From Ptychomitrium polyphyllum (Eukaryota): 64,000 nt of DNA. Every line of letters begins with the position of its first letter. Position 1 is the stretch's first letter. The notes beneath the pieces are model-generated. The model saw only the letters and a program-made list of their open reading frames with translations, was not told the DNA's origin and ran no database searches. The stretch is from NCBI GenBank assembly GCA_973851085.1, contig OZ316776.1, positions 3,906,001 through 3,970,000 on the forward strand, read 5' to 3'. The position numbers and the translations under genes are program-made. Positions 10,967 through 23,900 of the stretch are shown here, one piece after another.

Positions 10967-13900
10967 ATGGCATCAACGATGACGACCTTGTCGACATCGC
11001 TTTCGTCTTCTCATGCTGTGTACATGAACCTGCCCACTCTGTCTTAGCGTTTGCTGATACTATTGAGTTGAGTTCGCATTGTGGGTCACGAGTTGATTGG
11101 AGTTTTGGGTTTTGTGATGTATCTGTTTTCTCTTCGGTGGTTTTGGGGAGAAGTTCGGCTGTTCTAAGAGAGAGTTTGGTTTTTTTTGTTAATAAAACTT
11201 TCCCCTTATTGTTGGAGGAAAATTATCTTTGGGGGGTTTAGAGAGGGATTCAACTCTTGTCGTGAAGAGAGGCCAAGTTTGTAACGGAATGGAAGCATTT
11301 TAGACCAATACTAGGGAAGGGGATTGTTTGAGGATCAGGATATGAGTTTTCCACCTACTCAATATGGATATGCAAATGCCATGGAGAGTAGATGTAGGGA
11401 GGTGAGTTGCATTCAAGTGACATTGCGTTCTTAAATGATGTATGCGTGGATGCAAGTGTTGTGGAGGAAGCAGCTGGGGCAGCCATTAGCTTTCGCTGAT
11501 ATTTGTATCATTGCGTGGCATTGCAGGATAGATTTAGGGTTTATTGAGTTTGGGCAAGCAAATTGCAAACAAAAACGCGAGTATCAAAGACTGGAATCTG
11601 CGGATGCACCAAGGCAAAGCAGAAGTCATTGTAGAGCAGCCTTCGGTGTCCTTTGTAGACCTAGAAGTTTGGCTGCCACTTGCGTTTTAGTACAGAGTTC
11701 AAGTACGCCGAATGTGGATTCTGTTGTCTTGAAGGTGCGGTGTAGGGATGATTCTTACAAAGGGTCATCTTCCCAGATGAACTCCGTCAGTACAAGAAAA
11801 CACCCCGTTAACCCATTTAGTGAGGTTCGTTTCCCGCTTTAGAGTTGTGCCTCTTGTTTCTTCATCATGGCCGTGGTGGTTAACTGGTCTGTTGTCATTT
11901 ACGTTTCTCAGTCCATGTGAACGAAACGAGGCAACCCGTGAGAGCGTTTCATGAAAATTAGTTGTATGAACTGAGTCATGGCAATTTCCTCTGTCTGCAA
12001 TGCTGCGCGGTTAAAACTCAGAGGATTGAATGATTATACGCTTTTATGTTCATATTGTCTTTAACATCTCAGGATCAGGTGTTATTCTATTGTGAGGCAG
12101 TTGGGTCCATCACCGCACGAATATGAAGGAAGGCCAAAGCTGCTGAAGAAATTAAGTGAGGCGAATCAATACATCCGCCATCTACAGCATGAGGTCAGCC
12201 TTACCTTTGAGTTGCCGTACTTTGGTATCTAAACGCCAGTTACATTTTCAGTTACATCATTTGACCGCTTTCAACATTTAATCTTTGTGAACAGTTTGTG
12301 GAACATATCGATGGAATTTTTAAATTGACTTCCTCTGGTGATACCCAGCTATGACATTCCACGAGTGGATTTTGAGTCTGAGTAAGTATACGAACGGATC
12401 ACTACTAACAACTTTCGGTGTGGGATTCTCCTCGACGTCCTCAGCTGCGACAAAAAGAAGAGTCGTTAGTGAACATAGCAAGCGAGATGTCTGCGATGGA
12501 AATGGAACTGCAGGTCCTGATACTTACGCATTCTCTGTAGATCCGTACGTGACTTCTAGACTTAATCATAGTTGGATGATGAGATGCAAAACTCCTGCTT
12601 TCTTACCAGGCCTTGATCACAATTGAATGCAGGCACTAGTGAATATTGCACAAGAAATAAGCAGACAGGGCATCAAACCCGGTACCCGAAAAATTAATGG
12701 CCGCTACATTCACTCTCATCTTGCATCTAGACTCGAAGGTGAGCACCCCGCTCTGAACCAAAGACGTATGTTGGTTGTGCCAATTTCAGGACTTGAGACA
12801 CAACTGCTATCTCTAATTGATTCAAGCTTAAAATTCGGGAGTTATCATGTTGATGTATCAAATACGAGTCTTCAGTGCCATCGTGGCAGATTTTAAAAAT
12901 TTGGTTTGAAGCGCTGTATAAATCTTAAATCAAGTAACTACTGGCGTAAACTTATTTTGAACCACTTCTTTGTACCTTGAAAATTTTAATTGGAACTAGG
13001 AACTGATTTCTATCAGACTCTGGAATTGAGCACGGCACGGGAATAGAAAGCACACTTTTATGCTCCACAGAAAACAATTGAATGCTATATTCACAGACAT
13101 TCAGCTTTGGGTCTCAGAAAATGATCACCTCGTGCCTAAGCTGTGATTTGACCATATACTGTTGAGCATTTTATTTTAGTGATTTTTGCATGTGTTGAAA
13201 CCCGTTGCTTTTTGACGATGTAGAGATGCAGAGGATTCTAAAAGAGCGAATCAAGGAAGCTGATCTAGTGCGGACCCGAAGTATTGACCTTGTCTTTTAT
13301 GGAATGGCTGAGGTGGGGTTCTCATGGTGGTCAAAGTCAAACTCTAGGTTAAGTTAGTCTCTGATCTTTAATAAGGAAATACTTGTTGGACACGACATGT
13401 TATACTCCTTTGTTGCTTACCACGTCTAGGTAGAATACATCAATTTTCCTCTTAAGGGCTCTTCATGGAGATGGTTTGAAGTCTCCTGTTCTTAACACTT
13501 AGTTCATCTTACAAGAATCATTGCCTAATGGGAGCAGGACGTGCAAGTAATGGGTTCATTCGATGGATGGACACGTGGAGAACAACTGTCACCAGAGAGC
13601 ACGGGTTCATTCACTAAATTCACTACCACCATTAAGCTTCGGCCAGGGCGGTAAGCATTATAAACCCTACTTTTAATCATCTAAGTTGCAAACCCAGCTT
13701 CAAGTTTTGTAATGCTCATGAATAAGATTGAGCCTTAATGCCTTGATCACCTTAAGCCATTTGGCAGAAATATGTGTAACCTAGGTGTCTGGTTTATTGG
13801 AACGCATCAACTAAAATGGGGGCTGTTAGTTTTGAGTGATCAACATTCCCATTGATAGCCTCCCTAATATTAAGCTGATATTATTCATGTTGTGCGTGCT

Positions 13901-14013
13901 CAAGCTACGAGATCAAGTTTTTGGTAGATGGAGAATGGCACATGTCACCTGATCTTCCAACCGTGGGCGAAGGTCTGACTATGAACAATCTGCTAATCGT
14001 GGATCGGTTCTAA
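10967..14013 (+). CDS. PTST1: PROTEIN TARGETING TO STARCH 1-like plastid protein (coiled coil + C-terminal CBM48), 8 exons, ~309 aa; first exon uncertain
   Basis: Exons 10967-11019 (or alternative 11364-11401), 11527-11824, 12101-12193, 12445-12513, 12633-12738, 13224-13312, 13538-13650, 13905-14013; 930 nt in frame. KLLKKLSEANQ, ALVNIAQEI...GTRKINGRYIHSHLASRLE and CBM48 GMAEDVQVMGSFDGW...LRPGRYEIKFLVDGEW...NNLLIV match recalled PTST1. MASTMTTLSTSLSSSH is transit-peptide-like. Confidence 0.85.
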
Positions 14014-17000
14014 TTCTGAATCGATTTTAGTTCTTCAGCAATTGAGCTGATGCTTTCTTTACACCCTTGATTTGAGGATTTGTTGCTAGTTTTCTTTTCC
14101 TCGTTGAAGTTTTCTCCTGGGTAAAGCTAGAATTAGGTTCAAGCAGTTGTTTGTTTTGTGACAATCTCCGGTCTGCAAGTCAAGCTAGAGTTCCTACATC
14201 ATACCTGTGCTATTCAACATAGAGTGATAAGCTAAATAAACGTGAGTTGATCTTTTTTCTCCTTGGATGCAGTGCATTGTTTGATAAGTCAGAATCTACA
14301 AATTCATGTTAACAGGCTATTAAAAGTTGTGCTGATCTGATCCTAACAATTCCATCTGTTCTGAATATGCTTGTGTTTGAATGCTATCCATCGGGGTGCT
14401 TTTAACTCTGGTTTTTGGCTTAAGTGCAGTGATTTGTCTGACCTTTCTGCATAGTGCATACTACATGTGAATAGTGATACCTCAGAACATCGAAGTTGTT
14501 GGTTCCAGTCTACGTTTCTGCTAGATTTTAAGTTTAGTTGGGACTCTGATTGTCAAGTGTGCTGCTCATGTTTGACATTGGTTAAACTATGCCTGGACAT
14601 GGAGGCTTCTCGTTTCCACATTGCACGGCCTCCAGACATCTTGGAAATAAGCTGGAAAATTGTTGATCAAAGTCTGTCAACAATCCACTTGTGATGTTGA
14701 AGACTGTTTAAACCATTAGTTGCAAATGCATTTCTCCATTTCCTTCTGAACCTCGTATGCTGCTATGGTACAAGAAGTAAAGATGCAATACAGGGTATTT
14801 TATCGCCACAAACAAAGAATCACGATCATTCGATTCAGGAACTGTGGAAAACCTTAGTGATCCCAGCAGAAGTTTGTGTTTCCAACTTTCAAGGTGTTCA
14901 ATTTGAAACAATCTGCTCCTTGGAATCTAGGAAAACAGAGGCACCCCAAAATTGGCATCTTAAACTGATTTCCACTAGAGTCCAAGAGGTGTGACCTAGC
15001 GAAATCATTCTTATAAGCAATACCATTTGACTTGTTTCAGTCCCTTACAATGATATTTGTGACTAATAATCTCTCACCCAATCACCCAATCATCCAATCA
15101 TGTGCTTTGATTGGATTGTTTTTTATTCTATGCATGTATTGAGCATGCTTGTTCTTTTGTTGATTCTAAACTTTTCTCTTTTCTAAGTTTTTCTCTTTTC
15201 TAATTTTTTCTCCTTGCTATTATGAATTAAGATGAGCAACCTTTATACATTCAACATGGCTTATATTATTTTAGTTTATTGATATTAAATTAACCCATTT
15301 TGATAATAAAACAATATTCAAAGATACATTGTTTTATGATAAGTACATATATATTTAAGTATCACCTAATTGTTGATGACTTATTTGTAAAAATAATTTG
15401 ATTTCTAAATAACCTATTTTTATATACATACTTATATTCTTCCACTTTTATTCACCATAATTGTATTTATAAGTGTCCACATCTGTTGACAAAATACCCC
15501 CTTTAATAATTTTAATTTGAAAAAATAAAATAAGTGTTAGGTTTAGGTTTTTGTAATTTCCAAATTTGACAATATGCAACTATATATTGTAAGTATGCCA
15601 ATCTTTCATTTAATAAATTATAAATGTCTAATTTTCATATCTATTCTTTGTTTTTTAAGATGAATATGTGTCATGCATCAATGTTTTTTTGGAATGCTTA
15701 TTGACCACTTTGATTTATATCTCAAAAAACCTAAATACAAATAACATATCAAGTATTTGTTTAATTGTAATTGATTTTTGGATAATTTACATCATATAGT
15801 AAATCTAAAAAATAATCTAAACCTTATATTAAATGAATAAAAAACACCTTAATGAATTTATCCCCTTCTTTATTAAATATTCTCTAGTGATCTTTCAAAA
15901 AAATAATATAAGTAATTTTTCAATAATAGGCCATATGCTACTATTCTTGAAAATTGCTTCAATCCTCCTATTTCTTACTTAGTCTGAAATATGTAAAAAA
16001 ATAGTTTATTAATTTGGATACACTACAATATGTAAAGAATAGTGACTTTTGCAATTTATTGAGTTGCAAAGCAATGATGTAAAGAACATATATCCCACCT
16101 TTTATGTGTTGTGGAGCATCCTACTTACTATAACCACCAATCAATTAGGAAGTATTTAGTAAATTGAGTGTTGAGCTATACTCCCATTCAAACAAATTCT
16201 TTCAATCATAAAATTCCATTCTTCTTAAGAAAGTTGTAATCAAGCCATTTATGGACATGACTTAAAAACGTCAACTTGTTAAATGCATTGCCTTGTTGCT
16301 ACATAGGCTATTTCTATTTTGGAAAGGTATGAATGCTGTGGAGGTGATTACAGATGTGAGGCTTTTCTGAATGGAGGACATGTGATTGGCGCAGACTACA
16401 TTTAAAATGTTTGTACACTGCCTTTGAGTGTGTAAGTTAGAAACACAAGACCTGAATTAAGTTAGTGTCAACACTTGGACATATTGAGGTCACTTAGCAA
16501 GTTGCACTCACAGTATTCAAGTACAAACAAGACTGGCAAGGCCACTGTACCCACTAAATTTGAACCCTGGGCCTACTACACCAAAACAGAACCATTTGAT
16601 TACAGTACTGTGCAAACATTGCACTTATGTTGGCCTTCCTGCTTATGTCAACTCTAATGCAGTCTAGAAGTGTGCTCTTGCTGTGCAACCTGGATACAAC
16701 ACAATAACAACAAAGCACAGAGGCTGAGTATAATCCTTGACAAGTCTCATTCAAACAGCAAACATCAATCACTGGTTTCAATGTTGTTTCTGTGAATCAA
16801 GTGTCAATAAGGTTTGTACCAAGTCAAGTAGTGCTAGAATTGTAGCACACTGCCAGTTATAATAATTGAGAGGATTGAAAGTTCAAGTAGTTTGCCAGAT
16901 ACCCTAGTATGAATGGGTCAAAAGTTCTTTGAATTGTGATCTCAAGTGTGCTCCCCTCACCTAAATGTGCCCTCGCTCTTACACTAGTACTAAGCTGAGT

Positions 17001-18034
17001 GGCCACAAATGCATGAACATGAATTCTCAACATTGTAGTGCCAAAACCAATTGAAAAAGGTGGCCAGTTCCATGAAGATTAGATGGTATAAAAGAATGTG
17101 TAATATGTAGAGCCAGCTGTTTGATGCCCATGGGTTAGGTATGTACTATGTTATTCTACCAATCGGTGATTATCCACCATGTACTTTCCAAGTGGATGAG
17201 TCAGAATCTAGTTCAGTATGGGTATATGATGTTGTGATATGTCACCCATCATTTGCATGGCCATGGTCATTGAGGACAGTAGCGGCCACCCAAATTTTGA
17301 TGAATTTAAAAGCATTGAATTTTCCCAAATTTATGGATTTAGGAACAAGTGGATTGTGGTTGCTGGGAGATAGTAGCTCTCTAATACGCACTTCAAGGAA
17401 ATTCTGATAGATCTGACTCAGTGCTTGTTTGTATAACTTATCACTGCAAATTGACTTGGGAGTGTGCTCACTGCTCATGCCTGCAGTGCACTTGTCTCAC
17501 AAATTTCAGCTTACACAAGCAGGTACAATTACTGCAAGAAGTTCATTGAACAGAGTAGGGTTCTGTGCAAACTTCAAAAGTCTCCTTGTAACCTAAGTGA
17601 AAGGTGATTGACTGGAATTTGATGCAATTTTCAAATAAGGTTGAATGCAAGACTTGTTCAAAAATGGGCACACTTATTTAAAATTCATGAGCAGCATTTC
17701 AATATTTATTCTCCATGCATTGAGAAGATTGTCTCCAGTGGACAATGTTCCTTCATACTCAGAAAGGCCACTATAACTATTAATATCTATTTTGCAAATC
17801 CTTGCTGATTTGCTTCAAACTAATGGAAGAGCAGAAAATCCTGTCAAATGTCCTGTTAGAATTTCCAGATAGGTCTTCCATGGACCATACTGTTAAACAT
17901 TTCTGTACTCCACACATATCCTCATAGAACTTGTATTGCTAAAACCTACATCCATCCAGTATAATATGATTTCTTGTTACTACAGATGTTTGCATCTTTG
18001 AATGATCCAGATTAGTGGGACAGTTTGATGAGAT

Positions 18035-18350
18035 TTTAGAGGCTCAACCTGTCTGAAATCCTTATTTGCAAAGCTACAAAGTGATGGATTCTAACAGAAA
18101 TTATCTAATTGTCTTGGGTTCAAAATAAAATGTTCTAAGAGTTTAGAGGCTCCAACATGTCTGGAAGCTTTGTTCACAGAACTACAAAATATTTGATTCT
18201 AACTAAAAGTATCCTGTCATCTTACATTTAAATTTAAATTTGAAAAGAATATAGTGGGTTCAACATGTCTGTCACCTTTTGCCTGCAAAACTCCAAAGTA
18301 TTGGATTCTAACATGATTCTAACCAAAATCATCTTGCTGTTTTGGATTCA
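18035..18350. repeat. Three degenerate ~105-110-bp tandem repeats
   Basis: Units start ~18035, ~18142 and ~18252 and share ...AGGCTC(C)AACATGTCTG...CAAAACTACAAAGTATTGGATTCTAAC... Confidence 0.75.
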
Positions 18351-20098
18351 ATTTTCATCTTGTTAACATGTATGCATTAAACAATGTGTAAATTTCAGAG
18401 TAGTGTGTGTTCCATATACTCCACTTTTACAGGTGAAAGAGCATGCACAGTAACACTCAAAATGACACCTACAAGAAGTCCTTAACCATATAGCTTATGA
18501 ACAGTTTGATACATGTTCTGCATCATAAGTTGATAAGTTGGAGGTAGAGGAGAGGTGCTCCTTCCCAGGTAGTGTTTCTAGAAAGTACTACCAGTTATCA
18601 TGCATGCTGTATGCAACCCAGCTCTTGTTTTGGACTTGGCTTGCTAATTCTCCCCAATTTGACTCTCTGTTACAGCTCTTAGTCCAGATTCTGGAGACCA
18701 GCAGGCTTCATGTGAGATCCAGGAGGCATGTTTATCACAATTTAGACTGCTGCACCACCCAGGTGTTCCAAAGCTTAATATTGCTGGCCCCTTTGGGCTA
18801 ATGGGCAATATCATGGCAAAGCTGTCTACAATACTGCATGATGATTAAAGCAATCCAGAATTTGGTAGAACTTCCAGTGTGGCTGGGTATAGCTCCAGGT
18901 ATCCAGATGGTTTTGGATCTTGTACATTCCATTCCCTTCCATTCATTCTTTGCTTCCTTGGAAATTTCATAATGCTTTTATTTTTAAATGTTTCCATTTA
19001 GATAGCTATGAATCCATTCTGGCAAGAGGTTACATTCTGAGATAACCGTGCAACCAGGAGGACAGATTATGTGGATAAGTGTTTAGAATTACATGTGTTT
19101 CACTAACTACTTTTGAACACTACCATAATTTTATTGCAGGTTTGACACAAAATAATGATTTTCGTCCAAATAAATAACATATGTCAGTTTGTGAATTTTC
19201 TTTTGATTGAGACCTCTAAAATCCTGCATGAAAATTGGAATCTTGCCAGCAAAGTCAAAATCTGCAATGTGTTTACACTAATCCAATTCTCTAAGAGATG
19301 AATGCTCCCTATGCAGGTTGTACCTTGGTGGCCCATTTGTTTTCAAGCCTAGCTGTTCTACAAAATCTAGAGATTTTCCACAAGGGCAATGACACTAGAA
19401 CCACTGCTTAGCAGCTCAGCTAACATCATTGTCCTGGTTTATGATCACAATCCCAATTCAACAAGGAGGTGTAAGCTATTGGATTTGCATTGGCTTCATC
19501 AAGTTAAAACATCCTCAAGGGAAGCCTTCATGCAGACACTTGTCAATCTGCTGTCATGCCAAAGCTCATGGTTGATGGAGCAACACTCCATTACAGTAAT
19601 CATCACACTTGGAAGGTGGTTCGTACCCTGAGGGGAAGCATCTTGATTTGGAAGTAAATTCCTTACCCCATTTAAGCAAGCTGCACTTGATAACTAGTTG
19701 TTCACATGCTCAGTCAAGCACACAAAAAACAAGTGACGCATGAGAGAAGTAAGAACTTAACACAATATTTGCTCGGTCAAACTGTTTAGACCCCAGCATA
19801 ACAAAGTACAGGGAATTCAAAAAATTGTCTGGAAATACGACCACTTTGCTCCATTTGTGCAATCACAGTCAGTACATCTCGCACAGGTACTTTTGAAATT
19901 CTAAATCAGGTCCCCGTAGTGGCTGCCGAAGTAGGAGATGCTGCCCTAAAGCTTCATACAATCCAACCAAGACTAGCATTTTACACAGCAGTAACTACAT
20001 CAAGGCATATCACAGCCATGAGAAAGTTGTTCCTACCAGCTGAACTGGACTCCTGTGTGCCACCAATCTACTTGTGTAATCAATCACAGTTCAGTTAC

Positions 20099-20773
20099 CT
20101 ATATATGAAATTTGGCAATTCAGGCTCAGGGATGTATTTGCCCATAACTGATCTTCTGCACTCAATCACCTACACATTCCTAAGACTTGGAGCTATGGTT
20201 GAGGTCTGAAGGGGTATCCTAGCTCCACACTATTAATTGAATTGTTTGCAATTATCATAAAATTATTGGCCAGAGATAGATTCCAGACTAGATTCAATCC
20301 AACATTTGGAATTAGCATAAAACGAAGAGAAACAGACCGTGGGATCTTGTAGGAGCAGTACTGCAAAGCCTTGATCATAGTGGTGTGCCATAGCTTGAGC
20401 GATAGACAATAGTTCAGGTGGCGGTACAATAGAATTGAAGCCAGTTTGCTGGACCGAGTTCATTAAGGAAATGAGACTGTTAGAGCTTTGGGGGAGAACT
20501 TTCCAATTAGATTAGTGGGAGTTGCAAGGAGAGTGTGACCAAAGGACAGCATCGTCACTGCACCTAGTACTCGCATGCGAGATGAGCCAAAGTATCATGT
20601 TCTCCTCCACCAGCTTGATCGCGCCACCTTCTCCAGTAGCTGCCAAATCGAAATATTACTCTTGACGTTGATATGTGCATGCAGCTCCAAGTTACCAAGT
20701 ACTCACCACCCCACAATATCTCCACAACAAAGTTCATAGTGCAGCTCATATCATATCCCGGGAGGTAGCGCAT
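20099..20773 (-). other. Unidentified spliced reading frame (4 phase-compatible exons, ~117 codons), divergent from the CCC gene; its downstream continuation appears broken, so probably the 5' part of a pseudogene
   Basis: Exons 20773-20707, 20639-20564, 20476-20338, 20169-20099 with GT-AG introns give MRYLPGYDMSCTMNFVVEILWGATGEGGAIKLVEENMILWLISHASTSLISLMNSVQQTGFNSIVPPPELLSIAQAMAHHYDQGFAVLLLQDPTVIECRRSVMGKYIPEPELPNFIY. Family not recognised. Confidence 0.4.
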
Positions 20774-20916
20774 GATGAGAGCCTGCTGTTGTGCATGAGC
20801 AGGGTAGGGTACCTGTGACGACGATTCGATTACTTGAGTGAGAAAGATTACATTTTTGTTGACGTTGTGATCAATTAAGAGTAGTACTAGATAGGTGGTA
20901 GCGATAGCGATCGAAG

Positions 20917-23900
20917 ATGGTGGTGCGCAGCGACGAAGCGCTGCATCACGATGTGCCAGGACCCAAGCTGGGGAGCAACTGTCCCTGCATACCGCAGCGT
21001 GTGACAGCGCGAGCTTCCTCCTCTGAGTCGCTCCAGGGTGCGAGAGCGAGCGTGAAGAAGGGTCCGGCGGGGTGTGGGCAGCGGCTGTGGTACAATGCGT
21101 TGCACCGACTGCGTGGAGGCGCGAGCCACAAGACGGGCGGGCTGGGCACCTACAGCGGCGTGCTCATCCCGACATGCGAAAATATGTGGGGTAGGTGACG
21201 TTCGAGCTGCATGCACACAGTAGTACACTACATGGGTTTAATTGGTGCCGATTATTCTCGATCAGTTTCAAGTACTATGATCTATTACGTTTTATGTAAC
21301 CGGTTTGGTGGTCGGTTACTGCATGATTCTGTTTTTGCATGCAGGTGTGCTCATCTTTCTTCGGTTCTTCTACATTGTTGGAAGCGCTGGGGTTTGGCAG
21401 ACATTCCTGATCGTATTTATCACGTTCCTCTGCGCCATGCTCACCGCCATGTCTTTGAGTGCCATCGCCACCAACGGCAAAATTGAGCAAGGCGGGACTT
21501 AGTGAGTAGCAGCACCCTTTTGTATTCGAATTGCACATTCCGACTTTGAGAAACTATGCTGTCTTACAGAAAAAGATAAAAGCACAGATGTTCAGAATAC
21601 AGAGACATCGGTGAAACATATGCTTGCGGCATTACTCCTGGTTTTTAATAAAATCACGCTTTGCTTTGGATGTTGTGTGCAGTTACTTGATTTCCAGAGC
21701 CTTGGGCCCCAAGCTGGGTGGGGCTGTGGGCTTACTATACTTCATTGGCGTGGTGCTGCTAGCGGTTATGGAGGTAATCTTCAGTTTTATTTTCTTATAA
21801 AAATTCTTAAACAAAGTAGAACGATTTGCCAGGGCATGTAGGCAGATAATTGAAATCTTCGAAGAGGTTTAAATCTTCGCTCTCTGTTGACAGTCTATTT
21901 GAAGCGGACATTGATAGTTCCGCGGCAAGTGGATAGTGTGATACTCGGTATCCAAACAAACCATGAAGACTTGACGTTGAATGCCAGTAAATTGGTGAAG
22001 AAAATTCAGCGTTAGGTCCACTATTTCATTTTCTGAGTAGACCGGGGAGGCTGGCAACAGGGTGCGCAAAGAGAATTGAGATGTGTCGGAGCTCTTCACG
22101 AGGCTTTCAAAGCTCAACATCGTTTTCATAACTGATTGCTTGCCAGGGTTCGGATACCTTTTAGTTCACTCTGTTATAACCAGAAGAGAACTGGAAACTT
22201 AGGTAACAAGTGATTGAGCGTTCATTTCATGTTGCTGCTTGAACTATGGTACTCATGAACGAGCTTTTAAAAGATTGAGGTTTTATTTTTTTGGTCATGG
22301 TAACTCTTCCAATGGCAGGGATTGGGTTCAGTGGAGATGCTAGTGTTCACTTTCCCGAATCTCGACTTTCCGAATGCAGTTCGAATCATTGGTGCGCTTA
22401 TATTGCTCGTCCTGGGCGCATTGGTAAGAATAATCACACTCCCTTCATGCGAAGAGATTCCTCTTGACACTTGGTATATATAACAATGACGTTGCGGTTT
22501 TGAAGATTTGCTAGTTGGAATAGGGCCCCATTGTTGAGTGCTGAGAAATCGAATGTGGTCGACTGATTGAGTGCAGGTGTTTTTTGGAATCAAGTTCGTT
22601 TCCAAACTGGGGCTCATCTTCTTCGCCATCGTCCTCTACACCATGCTGTCCTTCTACTTGGGATTGGGACTAGCGCCTCGAGGGTCGACCCATCCGCCAT
22701 CACTGACTGGTCTTTCGTGGACGACATTCAAGGGCAATTGGAGCCCCGGATATCCACCCGGAAAGTCTTTCTCCACGGCCGTGGCTCTGTTCTTCCCCTG
22801 CTTTACTGGCATCCTCAGGTACGTGCCAATTGAATGTCACCAGAACTCAACATTCCAAACCCTGCAGTTTGCAGCATTTAGGCTCAATCCTTGCTGCTTG
22901 CTACTCTCTTTGACTCAGTTCCTCTCTGCAGAATTAGTTTGATAAACACTTGGTGCGAATTCTGACTTCACCATTTTGAGGTTGCGTGTCTGTGCTCTGT
23001 TTTAAACGTCCCTGCTTAACACAATCATAGCAGTTTTTTTTGTTTCTTGAAAAGTGATTTTGAATCATTTTCTAGTTTGGTGTTACTTCTCCAAAGTTCT
23101 GTGAACTGAGTCATTTCTGAAGCTTGAGAAAATTTGTTGAAGAGTTGTAGTGTTATTTTATAACTCGCACTTCTTCAATAGCAGTGCCATTTATTTTGCT
23201 CGTTGTGTTCCTGTACACAAATTTGTCTAGGTCTACTTGTACATGCAGCAAGCGGTTCTCTCTACAAAAGTCATCACAATCAAAAGTTTCCTTTAGATCT
23301 TTTAAGTTTAGATGCTTGGTGATGGGTTAGTGGAGGACGACGTCTATACATTCAAGATGTTGCTATTCTGTGGATGTTACCGCACTTTATTTTCCCTCGC
23401 AATCCTGAATTTGGTTTTGGAGGGATTATGTATGGCATGGAGGTGATCTTCTCAGTGCTTACATAGTCAATCTAGAGAGAGTGCGGGAGATGGAGAGGGT
23501 GTGGTTCTTGTCTTCTCTTTGCTCAGCTTGTATACATACGACAAGGTCGATCTTTTTCACATGGTAACCTACAAATTGGGTAAAAATATCAGTCGAGCTC
23601 TAAATGTGAAAGCAGTCCCTTTGCATCTATCTTATAGATTCTAATTGCAGGCTTGTGAAGTTGATTTAGTGCTTTCTTTGTGCTCAAGCATCTGAACCTC
23701 TACGTACTGGCATTTGTAAGGGTAAAGGATTTTCGGTTAGCTATTCAATCTGAACAAAAGCGATCTGAACTCTTACATCGTCTGTATGTTATTGTTTAAT
23801 TCCTAAAACTGTTAACTTGACTTTGTTATCCCTGTCCGCTGACGACGGAATTTAATTGGACATGCACTGTATTTTTGGGGGACTTTCTGATGCAGCAATG

